From positions 94,490,001 through 94,554,000 of the forward strand of contig NW_024704742.1 of NCBI RefSeq assembly GCF_018977255.1: a DNA stretch of 64,000 bases. Reading direction: 5' to 3'. Origin of the DNA: Callorhinchus milii. Its lineage: Eukaryota. The translations under genes were made by a program, and so were the position numbers. The notes under the pieces were generated by a model that did not search any database, was not told the origin of the DNA, and saw only the letters and a program-made list of their open reading frames with translations. Shown here one piece after another: positions 1 to 10,761 of the stretch. How positions within the stretch are numbered: the first letter of the stretch is position 1; each line of letters starts with the position of its first letter.

Positions 1-120
1 GGAGCCAGAGGAACGGAGGGTACAGGAAGGTAAGTAGGGGGATAGTAAGTCAAAGAGGTAGGAGGAAGCGAGGCCGTGAATAGCCTTGTAGGCGAGGATG
101 AGGATCTTGAATTTGACCGC
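1..120 (-). mobile_element. L2 LINE fragment
   Basis: Closely similar to part of the L2 copy at 959-1752. Confidence 0.8.
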
Positions 121-227
121 AACACAACTCTGCTTTCAAGAGGCAGGAAATGGGGGAGATAAAAAGAAGAATAAACATAGCATTCTCATCTCGAAAGCAA
201 AGTACTTCTAACCAAGCCTCTAGAGCA

Positions 228-516
228 GTCCTTAGGCAAGTTTCCTTACTCCACACACCTCTGTTTACCTAGCAGTAATTAGGAACCCGGTTGTTCAGTC
301 GATTGGCGGATTGCTTCCAGGGGTAATAATCCCTCCAAAAAAAAATGTGGTTGCTCAATCCACGACTGTTTGTGGGACACTGCTGTGCGCAATTGGCTGC
401 TGTGCTACACCCACAAAATACAGTCAATTCACTTTACAGTGTGTTCTGTGAAGCGCTTTGGGACGTCCTCCCGACGTGAAAAGCGCTATATCAAATGCAA
501 GGATTATTATTATTAT
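228..516 (+). mobile_element. Deu-domain SINE, long form, 5'-truncated
   Basis: ttgtgggacactgctgtgcgcaattggctgc core; L2-like tail and (TTA)n. Confidence 0.85.
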
Positions 517-527
517 ATCAACAATAC

Positions 528-730
528 AATCATAGAATCAGTCAATTTTACAGCACAGAAGGAAGCTATCGACCCATCGTGCCGATGCCAGTTCTTTGAA
601 CAAGCTACCAACTAGTATTCCCCACTCTTATCCCATAGCGCTGCAAATTTTTCCTTTTTAAGTTCCTATCTAATTCTCTTTTGAATGTTATTATCAAATA
701 GCTTTCTTTTAGGTAGTGTACTCCAGTGCT
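528..730 (-). mobile_element. CR1 LINE 3' end
   Basis: atcatagaatca...acagcacagaagga...cccatcgtg tail in antisense. Confidence 0.7.
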
Positions 731-958
731 TAAGTAGCTACATCAAATGCAAGGATTATTATTATAAACCACACTTCTTTGTTCCTGGAAGCTAAATTTA
801 GTATTTGGTTAGATCGCTCTGACTGCAATACACACATACAAGTCGACTGCTACAGCCAACTCCCCTTAGAGCCAGATTCAGCTGCCATCTTCATTTAATC
901 CATTTAATTTATGTAACATTCACACTACTACATTGTAGGCAAAACAGAAGAGAACCAT

Positions 959-1752
959 ACAACAACAACAAGATTCCATTTATAGAGCGCCTTTCACGTC
1001 GGGAGGATGTCCCAAGGCGCTGTACAGTTGGGTCAGGACCCGAGCAGGCGGGAAATGGTCAGGGTGAGGGGAGGGAAGGGAGGGAGCGAGGAGGGGTAGA
1101 GAGTCGAGAGGGGAGCTGAAGGCACGGTCAAAGAGAAAGGTTTGAGACCGGCCTTGAAGGAGGAAAGGGAGGAGGCGGCGAAGGCACTGGGGGATAGAGT
1201 TCCAGAGCCTGGGGGCTGAGAGGCTGAAGGCCCGACCACCGATGGTAGGGCGGTTGGGGCGGGGGATGTGGAGCAGACCGGAGCCAGAGGAACGGAGGGT
1301 ATGGGCAGATAGGTAGGGGGATAGTAGGTCGGAGAGGTAGGAGGGAGCAAGGCCGTGAATGGCCTTGTAGGTGAGGATGAGGATCTTGAATTCAATCCTC
1401 TGGGGGATGGGGAGCCAGTGGAGGCGAGCGAGGGTGGGAGTGATGTGGTCGCGAAGCCTGGTGCGGGACAGTACACGAGCTGCAGAGTTCTGAATGACCT
1501 GCAGCTTGTGGAAGGAGGTGCCGGGAAGGCCGGCGAGGAGAGAGTTCCCATAGTCCAGCCTTGAGGTGATAAAGGCGTGGACCAGAGTTTCAGCAGCGTG
1601 AGGGGTGAGGTAGTGCCGTAGTCTGGCGACATTCCGGAGGTGATGGAAGGCGGTGCCAGTTGTGGTGCGGATATGAGGGAGAAAGGACAGCTCAGGGTCG
1701 AACAGAACCCCGAGGTTCCTGACTGGCTTTGAGAGGTTGAGAGTGCAGCCTT
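959..1752 (-). mobile_element. Young L2 LINE, 5'-truncated, ORF2 C-terminus and 3' tail
   Basis: VRNLGVLFD...SRLDYGNSLL...HITPTLARLHWLP...; (TTG)n tail. Confidence 0.92.
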
Positions 1753-2441
1753 GGAAGCTCCCCATCCCCCATAGCCAGTTCATGAAACATAATGTTAATA
1801 CAGTGATATAGTTTCAGGTTGATCACAGTAAATCAATTTGCAATTCATTGATCTCAAATATTTGCTTTGAAATTCTGCATCTCCAGAGATTTGACGCATT
1901 TTGCCATTCAATGCATGTTCTATCAGTATTCAAAGAAAAACTTGCATACTTAAAAAAAAATCAAAGGACACAGATACTCTGCCTTATGGATCATTCAATT
2001 TATGCAGATACTTAAGGAAGCTCTTTAAAAATAATTCAAAAGCAGCGTATTCAATCCCTGAATTCTGCTCAGTAGAGTCTTGGGTTAGCTAATGTGCCTT
2101 TTTAATGATTCACTGTGAAAAGAATCCTTTATTAACTGTCCTTGATTTCTTTTTTTAAAAAGGGGGAATCTTCCATTCCAAAGTTGGATTTGTTCTTGAT
2201 AAGCTGCTTCACCAAAACACTTATAGTTCTGATAACCTGAATACTAGATGGGCAACTAGTCCATGTAAGGTTTCACTTAAACAGGAGTCAAATCACTTTT
2301 ATTTCACAAGTGCACAAAGACCATTTACTTTTCATTGGAATACAAGTCTTTCCCTGCAAAGATAAGCGGATATTCCCCTGTCAATCAATATACACCTCCA
2401 TATGTGGGTCATCTAATAACAATCACATGTTCACCTTTAGG

Positions 2442-2822
2442 TGGCGGCTTGGCTCAGTTGGTAGCACTCTCCAAGTTCAAGACCTCTTTTGGGACTTTGA
2501 ACTCATAGTCTCCAGGTTGACATACCAGTACATTTACTGTTGCAAATGCCATCCGTTGAATGAGATGTTAAAACAAGATCCTGCTCAGATGGATGATAAA
2601 AAAAATGGCTCTATTCAAATTGTGAAGGGAGTTTCTCCCAGTATCACGGCTAAAAAGTCTCCAGATAAAAAAAAAGTTCAAAACATGCTATTTGTCAGAC
2701 ACTGTTATGCACAAATTGCTGTATTTCCCTATAAATACACTGCCTACATTTTACAGAAAACTCCATAAAATGCTTCCAGATGTTGGCGTGATAGAGCACT
2801 CTATCAAATGCAAGAAATTATT
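2442..2822 (+). mobile_element. Old tRNA-derived Deu SINE
   Basis: ggctcagttggtagcactct head; degenerate Deu domain and tail. Confidence 0.65.
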
Positions 2823-2952
2823 ATGTTCCAAATCCCTGTTTTAGCCAAAAAAACTCAGAGATCCTGAGTTTAAAAAATTTTTGTGTGTGGCTCGATCACA
2901 ATTGCTGATTTGGAATTTCTACTATCCAAGTCTACAATCTCCTCCAATTTAG

Positions 2953-4776
2953 GCCCAAATTTCATCCGCTTTTGAAGGCTACACTCATGCTGAACTATGA
3001 TTACACAGACATCAGCAGGTACTCCAACATCTTGCCCAAGTCCTTCTTCGGGAAGCAATTATACAAGTTCTCAGACGCTCAGTTCTCAGAAGTATGTGGT
3101 TTCCTTATTTCTTTTTTTTGCTTCACGTGACTCAAGAGTTGGACCGGTACAAGGGATGAGGTCATTTATACCTCAAGTCATCACTTGGCTGAAAGAATCC
3201 AAAGGAACTTAAGATATGTAGTCTTGCTAGAGCACAAAGCACCCAAATTTGTCTGGTGTGTTCAGCCAATGTTACATATTTAACAGTTAACAGGGATCAT
3301 TTCATTGACATAAGTCAATAGTGTTAGATAGACCCCTGCATTATTTGGCTTCAANNNNNNNNNNNNNNNNNNNNNNNNNTCCTTGCCAGATTTCTCAATG
3401 GACTCAAAGTTCATTGCTAGAAGGTAAATTCTAATTTCTTCAGGTGTCCAATATTATCAGAGTTTAAAATAAACAACACTAAATACTAGTAAATTTACTA
3501 AAGGTATAGATTTTAACTGTTGGGGAGATCATACGCTACTTTAAAAGATAGCCAAGGAGAGTAGAGTTTAAAAGATAGCCAAGGAGAGTAGAGTTATTGC
3601 AAAAGGACTTTCTAACATGGGCTTTCAACAAAGTTCATTCAAAGTAAAATCAATGGCTAAATTAGGGTGGTCCAACAGGCTCGGGGGATGAGATCACTGG
3701 CTCACAAACACAGTCGCACTATGTTCCCAGAGCACAGGCTTAGTCTAATCCGATAGGAAAAACAGCGGCATGAGGTACAGGGTAGCAGCACAACCTGTCA
3801 ATCACTTTCAAACATGAGAGAGAGATACAGAGACACACACAGACAGAGAGAGACCACACACACACAGATACAGAGAGCCACCCAAAAACAGATACCTCAT
3901 TGTATTATTGTTTTAAAATTTGTATGAATTTTTACATTGCCTATTTAAAGTTTGCATTGTAACTAAAATATAGTGAAATTCTGTAATGCATTTACACAAT
4001 TTAAATCATTGAATTTCTATATAATTCGTACGGGTTATGTTTCTCAAATGGAAACACAAAAATATTGCTGACGCGGCCGTGGACGTTTCTCAATCTGACA
4101 ACCAAAAGTTTGGACCACCCTGGGCTAGCTTAACAGAAAGTATTTTCTTTACGTTAACTAACCATGTAGAGAAGTGAAGTGACAGGCAGAGACCATGGAA
4201 AATATGCATTTTGCTCACAAAATACAGTCAATTCACTTTACAATAAATTCTGTGAAGCGCTTTGAGACATCTCAATGATGTGATAAGGTGCTATATCAAA
4301 TGCAAGGATTATTATTATAATAATATTATGATGCAAGGATTATTATTATAATAATATTATTATGATTATGATTATTATTATAATAATATTATAATAATAA
4401 TATTATAATATATAATAATAATAATCCTTGCATTTGATATAGCGCTTTTAAATATGTAAAAAAAGAATCATTTTGTGTAAAAGATGTGAGACAATATTTG
4501 GAAAACAAGCATTTCTGAACTTTTTTTAAAAAACAAGCTCAGATTTCAGATGTTTCTCCATATTTATTTTCAGACAGTGAACAATTAAAATACTTCAAAG
4601 ACATCAAAGACTTGCAGTGGAAGCTCTATAAAGGGATCTTTACCAAGAAAAAAATAGGTATGTTGCTGAAGGAAGAGCCTAAGTCTATACTGAAGCCCAG
4701 CAGGGTAGAGAACAAGCAACTGATAGAAACTTATATTCCTTTGATTTGTAAAGGAAATAAATACATTTCAGCTTGA
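2953..4776 (+). CDS. 3' exons of an unannotated small gene, C9orf153-like: join(2953..3091,3390..3423,4574..4776); tentative upstream exons 2163..2264 and 2362..2440
   Basis: AG/GT-bounded segments join in frame: PKFHPLLKATLMLNYDYTDISRYSNILPKSFFGKQLYKFSDAQFSE|ISQWTQSSLLE|DSEQLKYFKDIKDLQWKLYKGIFTKKKIG...YISA stop, with AATAAA at 4831. The DIKDLQWKLYKG motif and the position upstream of GOLM1 suggest C9orf153 (recalled, not searched). Confidence 0.55.
3355..3379. other. Assembly gap (N run); a single N also at 8588
   Basis: N characters in the sequence. Confidence 0.99.
3663..4122. mobile_element. hAT (Charlie-like) MITE
   Basis: TIRs tagggtggtccaa / ttggaccaccctg; imperfect 8-bp TSD ggctaaat / ggctagct. 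Confidence 0.75.
4290..4443. repeat. AT-rich palindrome formed by two tail-to-tail SINE ends
   Basis: gctatatcaaatgcaaggattattat...(TTA/TAA)n...ataataatccttgcatttgatatagc. Confidence 0.85.
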
Positions 4777-5082
4777 CCAGAAGTGTGCCCTCGCTCTGCT
4801 GTTGGTGGTGAAGACCTCTAGTAATGTTTTAATAAAAGTGATGAATAATGTGCTGCGCTTCTGAAGTTGTTATTCAAAATGAACGAGCATTTCACAGTTT
4901 GAGTTCAGAAAACAGTTCTAAACCTAGAACTGCTTTCTGAGGTACTTAATAAAAAGTTACCCAAATCCAGCTTGAAAGTTAGGGTGGTATTTAATAATTT
5001 GCTAAATTTTGGATACTCTAAAATACTACATAAACAAAGTAAATGTAGACCCAGTTGAAATTTCTCATTACTGTGTCAGAAG

Positions 5083-5478
5083 CCAGGTTGGCTCATTTGG
5101 TAACAACCTTGACTCTTGCTTCTGAGTCAAGGTTGTGGATTCAAGCCCCATATCAGGAGTTTGAGCTCACAGTTTAGGCTAACTCTCCAATAAATTACTG
5201 AGGGAGTTGTGCATTATTATATGTGCCCTTGAGACCTTGGCTTGTTCTGGTGGATGTTAAAGATCCCATTGCCAGTATTTAAAAAGAGAAGAGAGTTTCT
5301 CCTCGTGTCGTGGCCACCAATCCTCCAGCTATAATTAGTCAATCATTCCATGGCTATTTGTGGAACGTTTATGTAATCAAATTGGCTGCTGTTCGCCTAC
5401 AAATACACAGCCACTATATCTTATCGTAAATTCTGTAAAGCACTTTGATAAGGCATTATATCAAATGCAGCTATTGTT
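5083..5478 (+). mobile_element. Old tRNA-derived Deu SINE
   Basis: ggctcatttggtaac...ggttgtggattcaagcccc head; ggatgttaaagatccc; Deu domain. Confidence 0.7.
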
Positions 5479-5759
5479 GTTTGATTTGCTTTTGTTTGGA
5501 TACAAAGTTTGAAAATAAATGTTTCATTTTGACTATTCTGCTCTCTGGTGACTGTTTACTGCATCTCGTTCAGGCACGGATGGGTGACAGCTGAGATGGG
5601 TGGGCAGGCGGGTGAGGATGTGCTTCTCCATCACGGACCGACTCTCTGGCCACCCTCTCACACCTCACCCATCCTAGCCTCAAATGCCAACTGCGAGGCG
5701 ATGTTGGACTTCCTCGAATCCAAAGCATGGGAATTCACTCAGCTGCCACTGCAATTGCT

Positions 5760-6437
5760 ACAACAACAACAACAAGATTCCATTTATAAAGCGCCTTTCA
5801 TGTCAGGAGGACGTACCAAGGCGCTGCACAGTTGGGTCATGACCCGAGCAGGGGTGAAATGGTCAGGGTGAGGGGAGGGAAGGGAGGGAGCGAGGAGGAG
5901 GGAAATGGTCAGGGTGAGGGGAGGGAAGGGAGGGAGCGAGGAGGGAGGGAGCGAGGAGGGGGAAGAGAGTCGAGAGGGGAGCTGAAGGCTCGGTCAAAGA
6001 GAAACGTCTTGAGACCGGCCTTAAAGGAGGAAAGGGAGGAGGCGGCGAAGGCACTGGGGGATGGAGTTCCAGAGCCTGGGGGCTGAGAGGCTGAAGGCCC
6101 GACCACCGATGGTAGGGCGATTGGGGCGGGGGACGTGGAGCAGACCGGAGCCGGAGGAACGGAGGGTACGGGCAGGTAGGTAGGGGGATAGTAGGTTGGA
6201 GAGGTAGGAGGGAGCAAGGCCGTGAATGGCCTTGTAGGTGAGGATGATGATCTTGAAATCAATCCTCTGGGGGATGGAGAGCCAGTGGAGGCGAGCGAGG
6301 GTGGGAGTGATGTGGTCGCGAAGCCTGGTGCGGGACAGTACACGAGCTGCAGAGTTCTGAATGACCTGCAGCTTGTGGAGGGAGGTGGCGGGAAGGCCGG
6401 CGAGGAGAGAGTTCCCATAGTCCAGCCTTGAGGTGAC
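5760..6437 (-). mobile_element. Young L2 LINE 3' fragment
   Basis: Near-identical to 959-1570; (TTG)n tail; duplicated unit of about 45 bp in the 3' UTR. Confidence 0.92.
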
Positions 6438-6444
6438 AAAGGCT

Positions 6445-8133
6445 ACCCCCTCCCCATCTCCTCCTTCCACCCCAGCCTCTACCAACCCCTCCCTCCACAC
6501 CTTTGAAGCCGTCGCCCCTCCTCTCTCATCACCACCATAACCTGTATGAAACCCACCACCTGCTCCCTGGATCCTATCCCTCCTCCCTCCTTACCTCCCA
6601 GCCCCACCTCTTTGCCCCTCTACTCACTGACATTGTTAACCTCTCCTTGTCCTCTGATACTGTTCCCACCCCTTTAAAAACTTCTGTCATCATTCTTATC
6701 CCTAAAAAACCCTCCCTGGAACCTTCTCTATTCCCTAACTACCGCGCCATCTCCAACCTCCCCTTTCTCTCCAAGGTCCTGGAACGAGTTGTTGCTTCTC
6801 AGCTTCGCTCCTTTCTCTCCCGCTACTCCCTTCTCGAACCCCTCCAATCGGGTTTCTGTGCCGCCCACAGCACAGAAACCGCCCTGGTCAAAGTGACAAA
6901 TGACATTCTGTCCATCTGCGACCAGGGCTCCCTCTGCCTCCTCGTCCTCCTTGACCTCTCTGCTGCTTTCGACACCGTCGACCACCCTATTCTCATCCAC
7001 CGCCTCTCCTCTCACCTCAACCTCCATGGCGCTGTCCTTGATTGGTTCAGATCATACCTCTCACACCGCCTGCACTTCATTTCCTCAAATGGTTTCTCCT
7101 CTATCCCCCGAACCATCTCGCGCATCGTTCCTCAGGGCTCTGTCCTTGGTCCCCTTCACTTCAACATCTATATGCTCCCTCTTGGTGACATCATCCGCAG
7201 ACATGGAGTCAATTTCCACATGTTTGCAGATGACACCCAACTCTACCTCTCTGCCTCCACCCTTGACTCCAGGATCACTGCTGTGCTGACAGAATGTCTG
7301 TCAGACATCAAGTCCTGGATGACAGCTAACTTTCTTGAGGCTTTCCTGATTGGTTCCCGTCAGCACCTCCTCACCTCAGGCACTGACAGTATCACTATCC
7401 ATGGTTGCACACTCAACCTTGCTAAGCCAGTCCGGAACCTTGGGGTCTTGCTCGACCCTCAACTATCTTTTCTACCCCACATTCGCACCGTGACCCACTC
7501 TCCCTTCCCCCACCTCCGCAATGTCACCCGGCTCCGACACTGTCTCACACCTCAGGTTGCCGAAACCCTCATTACATCGCGGCTTGACTATGCAAACTCA
7601 TTGTTTGTCGGCCTCCCCAACTCCTCCCTCCACAGGCTGCAGATCATTCAGAACTCTGCAGCCCGTGTCCTCTCCCGCACTGTGACCCTATCACCCCATC
7701 CTCGCCCAACTCCACTGGCTTCCCATCACACAGAGGATACAATTCAAGATACTAGTCCTCACCTTCAAAGCCCTCCATGGTCTTACTCCCCCCTACCTCT
7801 CCGACCTCCTACCATCCTGTTCGCTCCCTCCGCTCAGTGGGCTCTAGCCTGCTTCACATCCCCCGCCTTGCTCACCCCACTATCGGCAGGCGGGCCTTCC
7901 ACCACTCTGCACCCAACCTCTGGAACTCCATTCCGCAATCCCTCCCTCCCTCGCCACCTTCAAGACCCACCTCAAGACTCTCCTCTTCAACCCTGCTTTC
8001 TCATCTCCCTCCTTCCACTCCCTGCCCTCTCCCCCTCCCGCAGCTGGGGTCCATAACTCTGTCTGTCCAGCGCCTTGGATCGTCCTCCCGACGTGAAAGG
8101 CGTTATACAAATATAATTTTATTGTTGTTGTTG
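6445..8133 (+). mobile_element. L2 LINE, about 1.7 kb, with a degenerate reverse transcriptase domain
   Basis: ORF 6503-8056: NYRAISNLPFLSKVLE, QSGF, LDLSAAFDTVDH, PQGSVLGP, FADD (for YADD); frameshift near 7680; 3' tail. Confidence 0.93.
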
Positions 8134-8149
8134 CTGCTGAAACTTGTAG

Positions 8150-9070
8150 ATAGGAAAGTGGGGAGACCAGGGAGCATGTGTTTGAGAAGTAAAGGCGGGA
8201 GGTGGGAAAGGCATGGATAAGGATTCCATCAGCATTCGGAGTGAGGTTGGGCCCGAGCAATGTACCGGAGTTGGAAGTTAGCAGTCCTGGTCGGACGAGA
8301 TATGGTTTAGGAAGGACAGCTATGGATTGAACTGGACACCGAGGTTGTACATGGGTTCAGTGAGTTTGAGTTAGGCTGGGGAAGTTGAGGAGGTCGGGTC
8401 CTAAGGTGAGGAAATGTTGACGGAAGCCACGGTGGATGGCATCTGTCTTGTCCATAGTTAGCTGAAAGACGTTGGTGCTCATCGACCTTGATGTCTGACA
8501 AAGTCATTTATATAGAACCTTTCACATGAGTAGCGTCTTGGAGCGCAGTGTGATTTGCTGTCGAGTTGGTAAGAGAGGGAATGTGACNAAAAACGCAGTC
8601 AAATACTAAAGGTGTGATTTGAAAACAGACAGAGGAAGCAAGACTGAGGTTGATTCAGGTTGTTCCAAAGATTTGGAGAATCGTGGCTGAAAGCTGAGTT
8701 GATAAGCAGGCAGATAGCATACCAGGGAACCTGACATCAAGCCTAGAGGAAGAAAAATAGATTTGAGTGTTATTTGTATACATGTGGAAGATGACCCCAT
8801 GTCTGTGGATGATGTCACCAAGAGGGAACATGTAGATATAGAAAAGGAGGAGTTGAGGATAGGTCCCTGAGGTGAGCTCAAGGTCACCATGGGAGGAGAG
8901 AGTGTTGGAGGAGATGAGTGGAGGCAGTGGATCAGGTAGGAATTGAATCAAGAGATTGCGGTTTGACAGAGGTGGATGGGGGAGGAGAGGCAATCGTGGA
9001 GGATGGAAGTGTCTACAAAGTCCAAATCAGCAGAGATGTTGAGGAGGACAAGGAGGCAGAGTAAGCCCTG
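8150..9070 (-). mobile_element. Highly degenerate L2 fragments
   Basis: IYMFPLGDIIHRHGVIFHMYTNNTQIY (RT remnant). Confidence 0.65.
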
Positions 9071-10044
9071 GGCACAAGCTAGGGCCCTTCAGTTTTAAGA
9101 GGAGACATCTCAGAGAGGATCTTACACTGGTATATAACATTTTAAATGGAATTGAAAGAGTAAACCCAGACACTTCCAGATGCACTGACAGAGGAACAAG
9201 AAACGTAAGTTTAGAACTGCAAAGGGCAATTTCAGGACAGACACCAGGATGTTTGTCTGTACCCAGAGGGTAATTAATGACTGGTACAAGTTGGCAGAAA
9301 GGGCGGTTGAGGCCAGGACATGGCACTCATCTTGATGCTGTGAAGGCTAGACAGTAGGGTAGGTTTTCTGGAAGGATGAAGTTAAATTGACCCAAAGGCT
9401 TTCTTAATCCGAACCTCCCTTGTGATCTTGTAATGAAGAAGAGCTGAGTCAGGGGAGTGGGAGCTGAGATGAGTTGGGGGGAGTGGGAGCTGGAGTTGAG
9501 GGTCTATGTGAGTTGAATTGCAGACCAAGGGAAGAGGATGGAGATTGTCCTGAAGTCTCCTACATGTCTTCCCAGGCTTAGATGCTAAGATAGCCGTTAC
9601 TGTACTTAAAATATTTTCAATACTGGTGTTTTCTCCCAGTAAAAGAGTAAGAAAATTCAAAAAAAAATGTCTGTGCTTATTATATATTTTCTTATTGCTA
9701 GGCAACAAGCCTGAGAACCTCTATAAGTTCAGGCAGGTGTTTTGACATGTTAACTTTTTTTTATCTGAACAATGCCATGAATGATAGTGGGGATTATGGT
9801 AATACAAATTTAGAACTGCCATGCAGCACAGAATCACTAACATCACATCATGTAACCTTGTCACTTAATTTAATATGCGCTTCCTTCAAAGGTTTTCAAG
9901 TACAATATATCATACTGTTCGCCTACAAAATACACAGTCACTGCACTTTACTATAAATCCTGTGAAACTTTGGGAGTGTGCTCCCGACTTGAAAGTTGGT
10001 ATATCCAACGTGAGGATTAAATGCAAAGATTATTATGATTACAG

Positions 10045-10761
10045 TGATAGGGACTTGATGGTCAGGACTAGCAGCGTTACACTGGTGGCATTAGGCACAG
10101 GCAACCCATGCAAATGCACGGGACAGTGAAGGGGCCGCCCTGCCATCGTGAAAACCCATTCAAATTGTCTCCCTGCCAACATAACCTGCTGAGGGGTAGG
10201 GCAATCGGCATGATAGACATCTCGTCGTAGCGATCCACGGCCACGCCATGCCCACACCGATCGCCCTCCAGCCAATAGCCGTGCCACTGGGGCAGGATAT
10301 CCGCCCAGTAAGTTTGGTTATCTGGTGACCCTGGCAACACTGGTAAGGGCCCTGAAATCGAGTTTTGCATGGGGCCCCCGCGTGGCAAATACAGTGCCTG
10401 GCTGGCACACCGCATCGCCTTCAGCAGACAGGGTGATTGAGGCCTGCGTTTGCAGGCGCTGAGATTGACCAACCGAGCTTGTAGCAGTTGTCGGCCAGGC
10501 TTCACAGGGACAGGGGCATTGCCCAGTCGCACAGGCGCAAGGAGATGTGCCGCAGTTTGGGGCAGCTGAGCGACAGGTCCACCAGGCTCTGCCAGGTCAG
10601 CTTCCTGCAGCCCATCATGTCAAACTTGGCCAACTGGTGGATCTGGCCAGTGATAGGCAGCAGCTCGATGTCCTTCAGCAGTTGTAGACAATCAGGCTTT
10701 GGAGCACAGTGTTGTCTATCAGCATGTTACAGGACGAGGCTCCGGGAATCTCCACACCAAC
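10045..10761 (-). pseudogene. FBXL15: Disabled FBXL15 (F-box/LRR protein 15) exon fragment
   Basis: After acceptor tttcag: VGVEIPGASSCNMLIDNTVLQSLIVYNC, frameshift, LKDIELLPITGQIHQLAKFDMMGCRKLTWQSLVDLSLSCPKLRHISLRLCDWAMPLSL*SLADNCYKL, frameshift, LVNLSACKR...LK/DAVC. This is collinear with vertebrate FBXL15 LRRs. In-frame TGA at 10502-10504. Confidence 0.8.
10062..10400. mobile_element. GC-rich insertion in the FBXL15 fragment, possibly a hAT-Tip100-like non-autonomous element
   Basis: Interrupts FBXL15 homology between DAVC and IKSLSL. The end gggccctg...ttttgcatggggcccc...cctg resembles MER45-type termini. No clear TIR or TSD. Confidence 0.35.

Noticed and set aside
3540..3596. 27-bp exact tandem duplication (tttaaaagatagccaaggagagtagag)
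   Set aside because: A simple local duplication close to an assembly gap, with no sign of function.
6503..8056. 517-aa reverse transcriptase ORF as a functional or domesticated gene
   Set aside because: 5'-truncated L2 with no endonuclease domain, FADD for YADD, small deletions and a frameshift near 7680.
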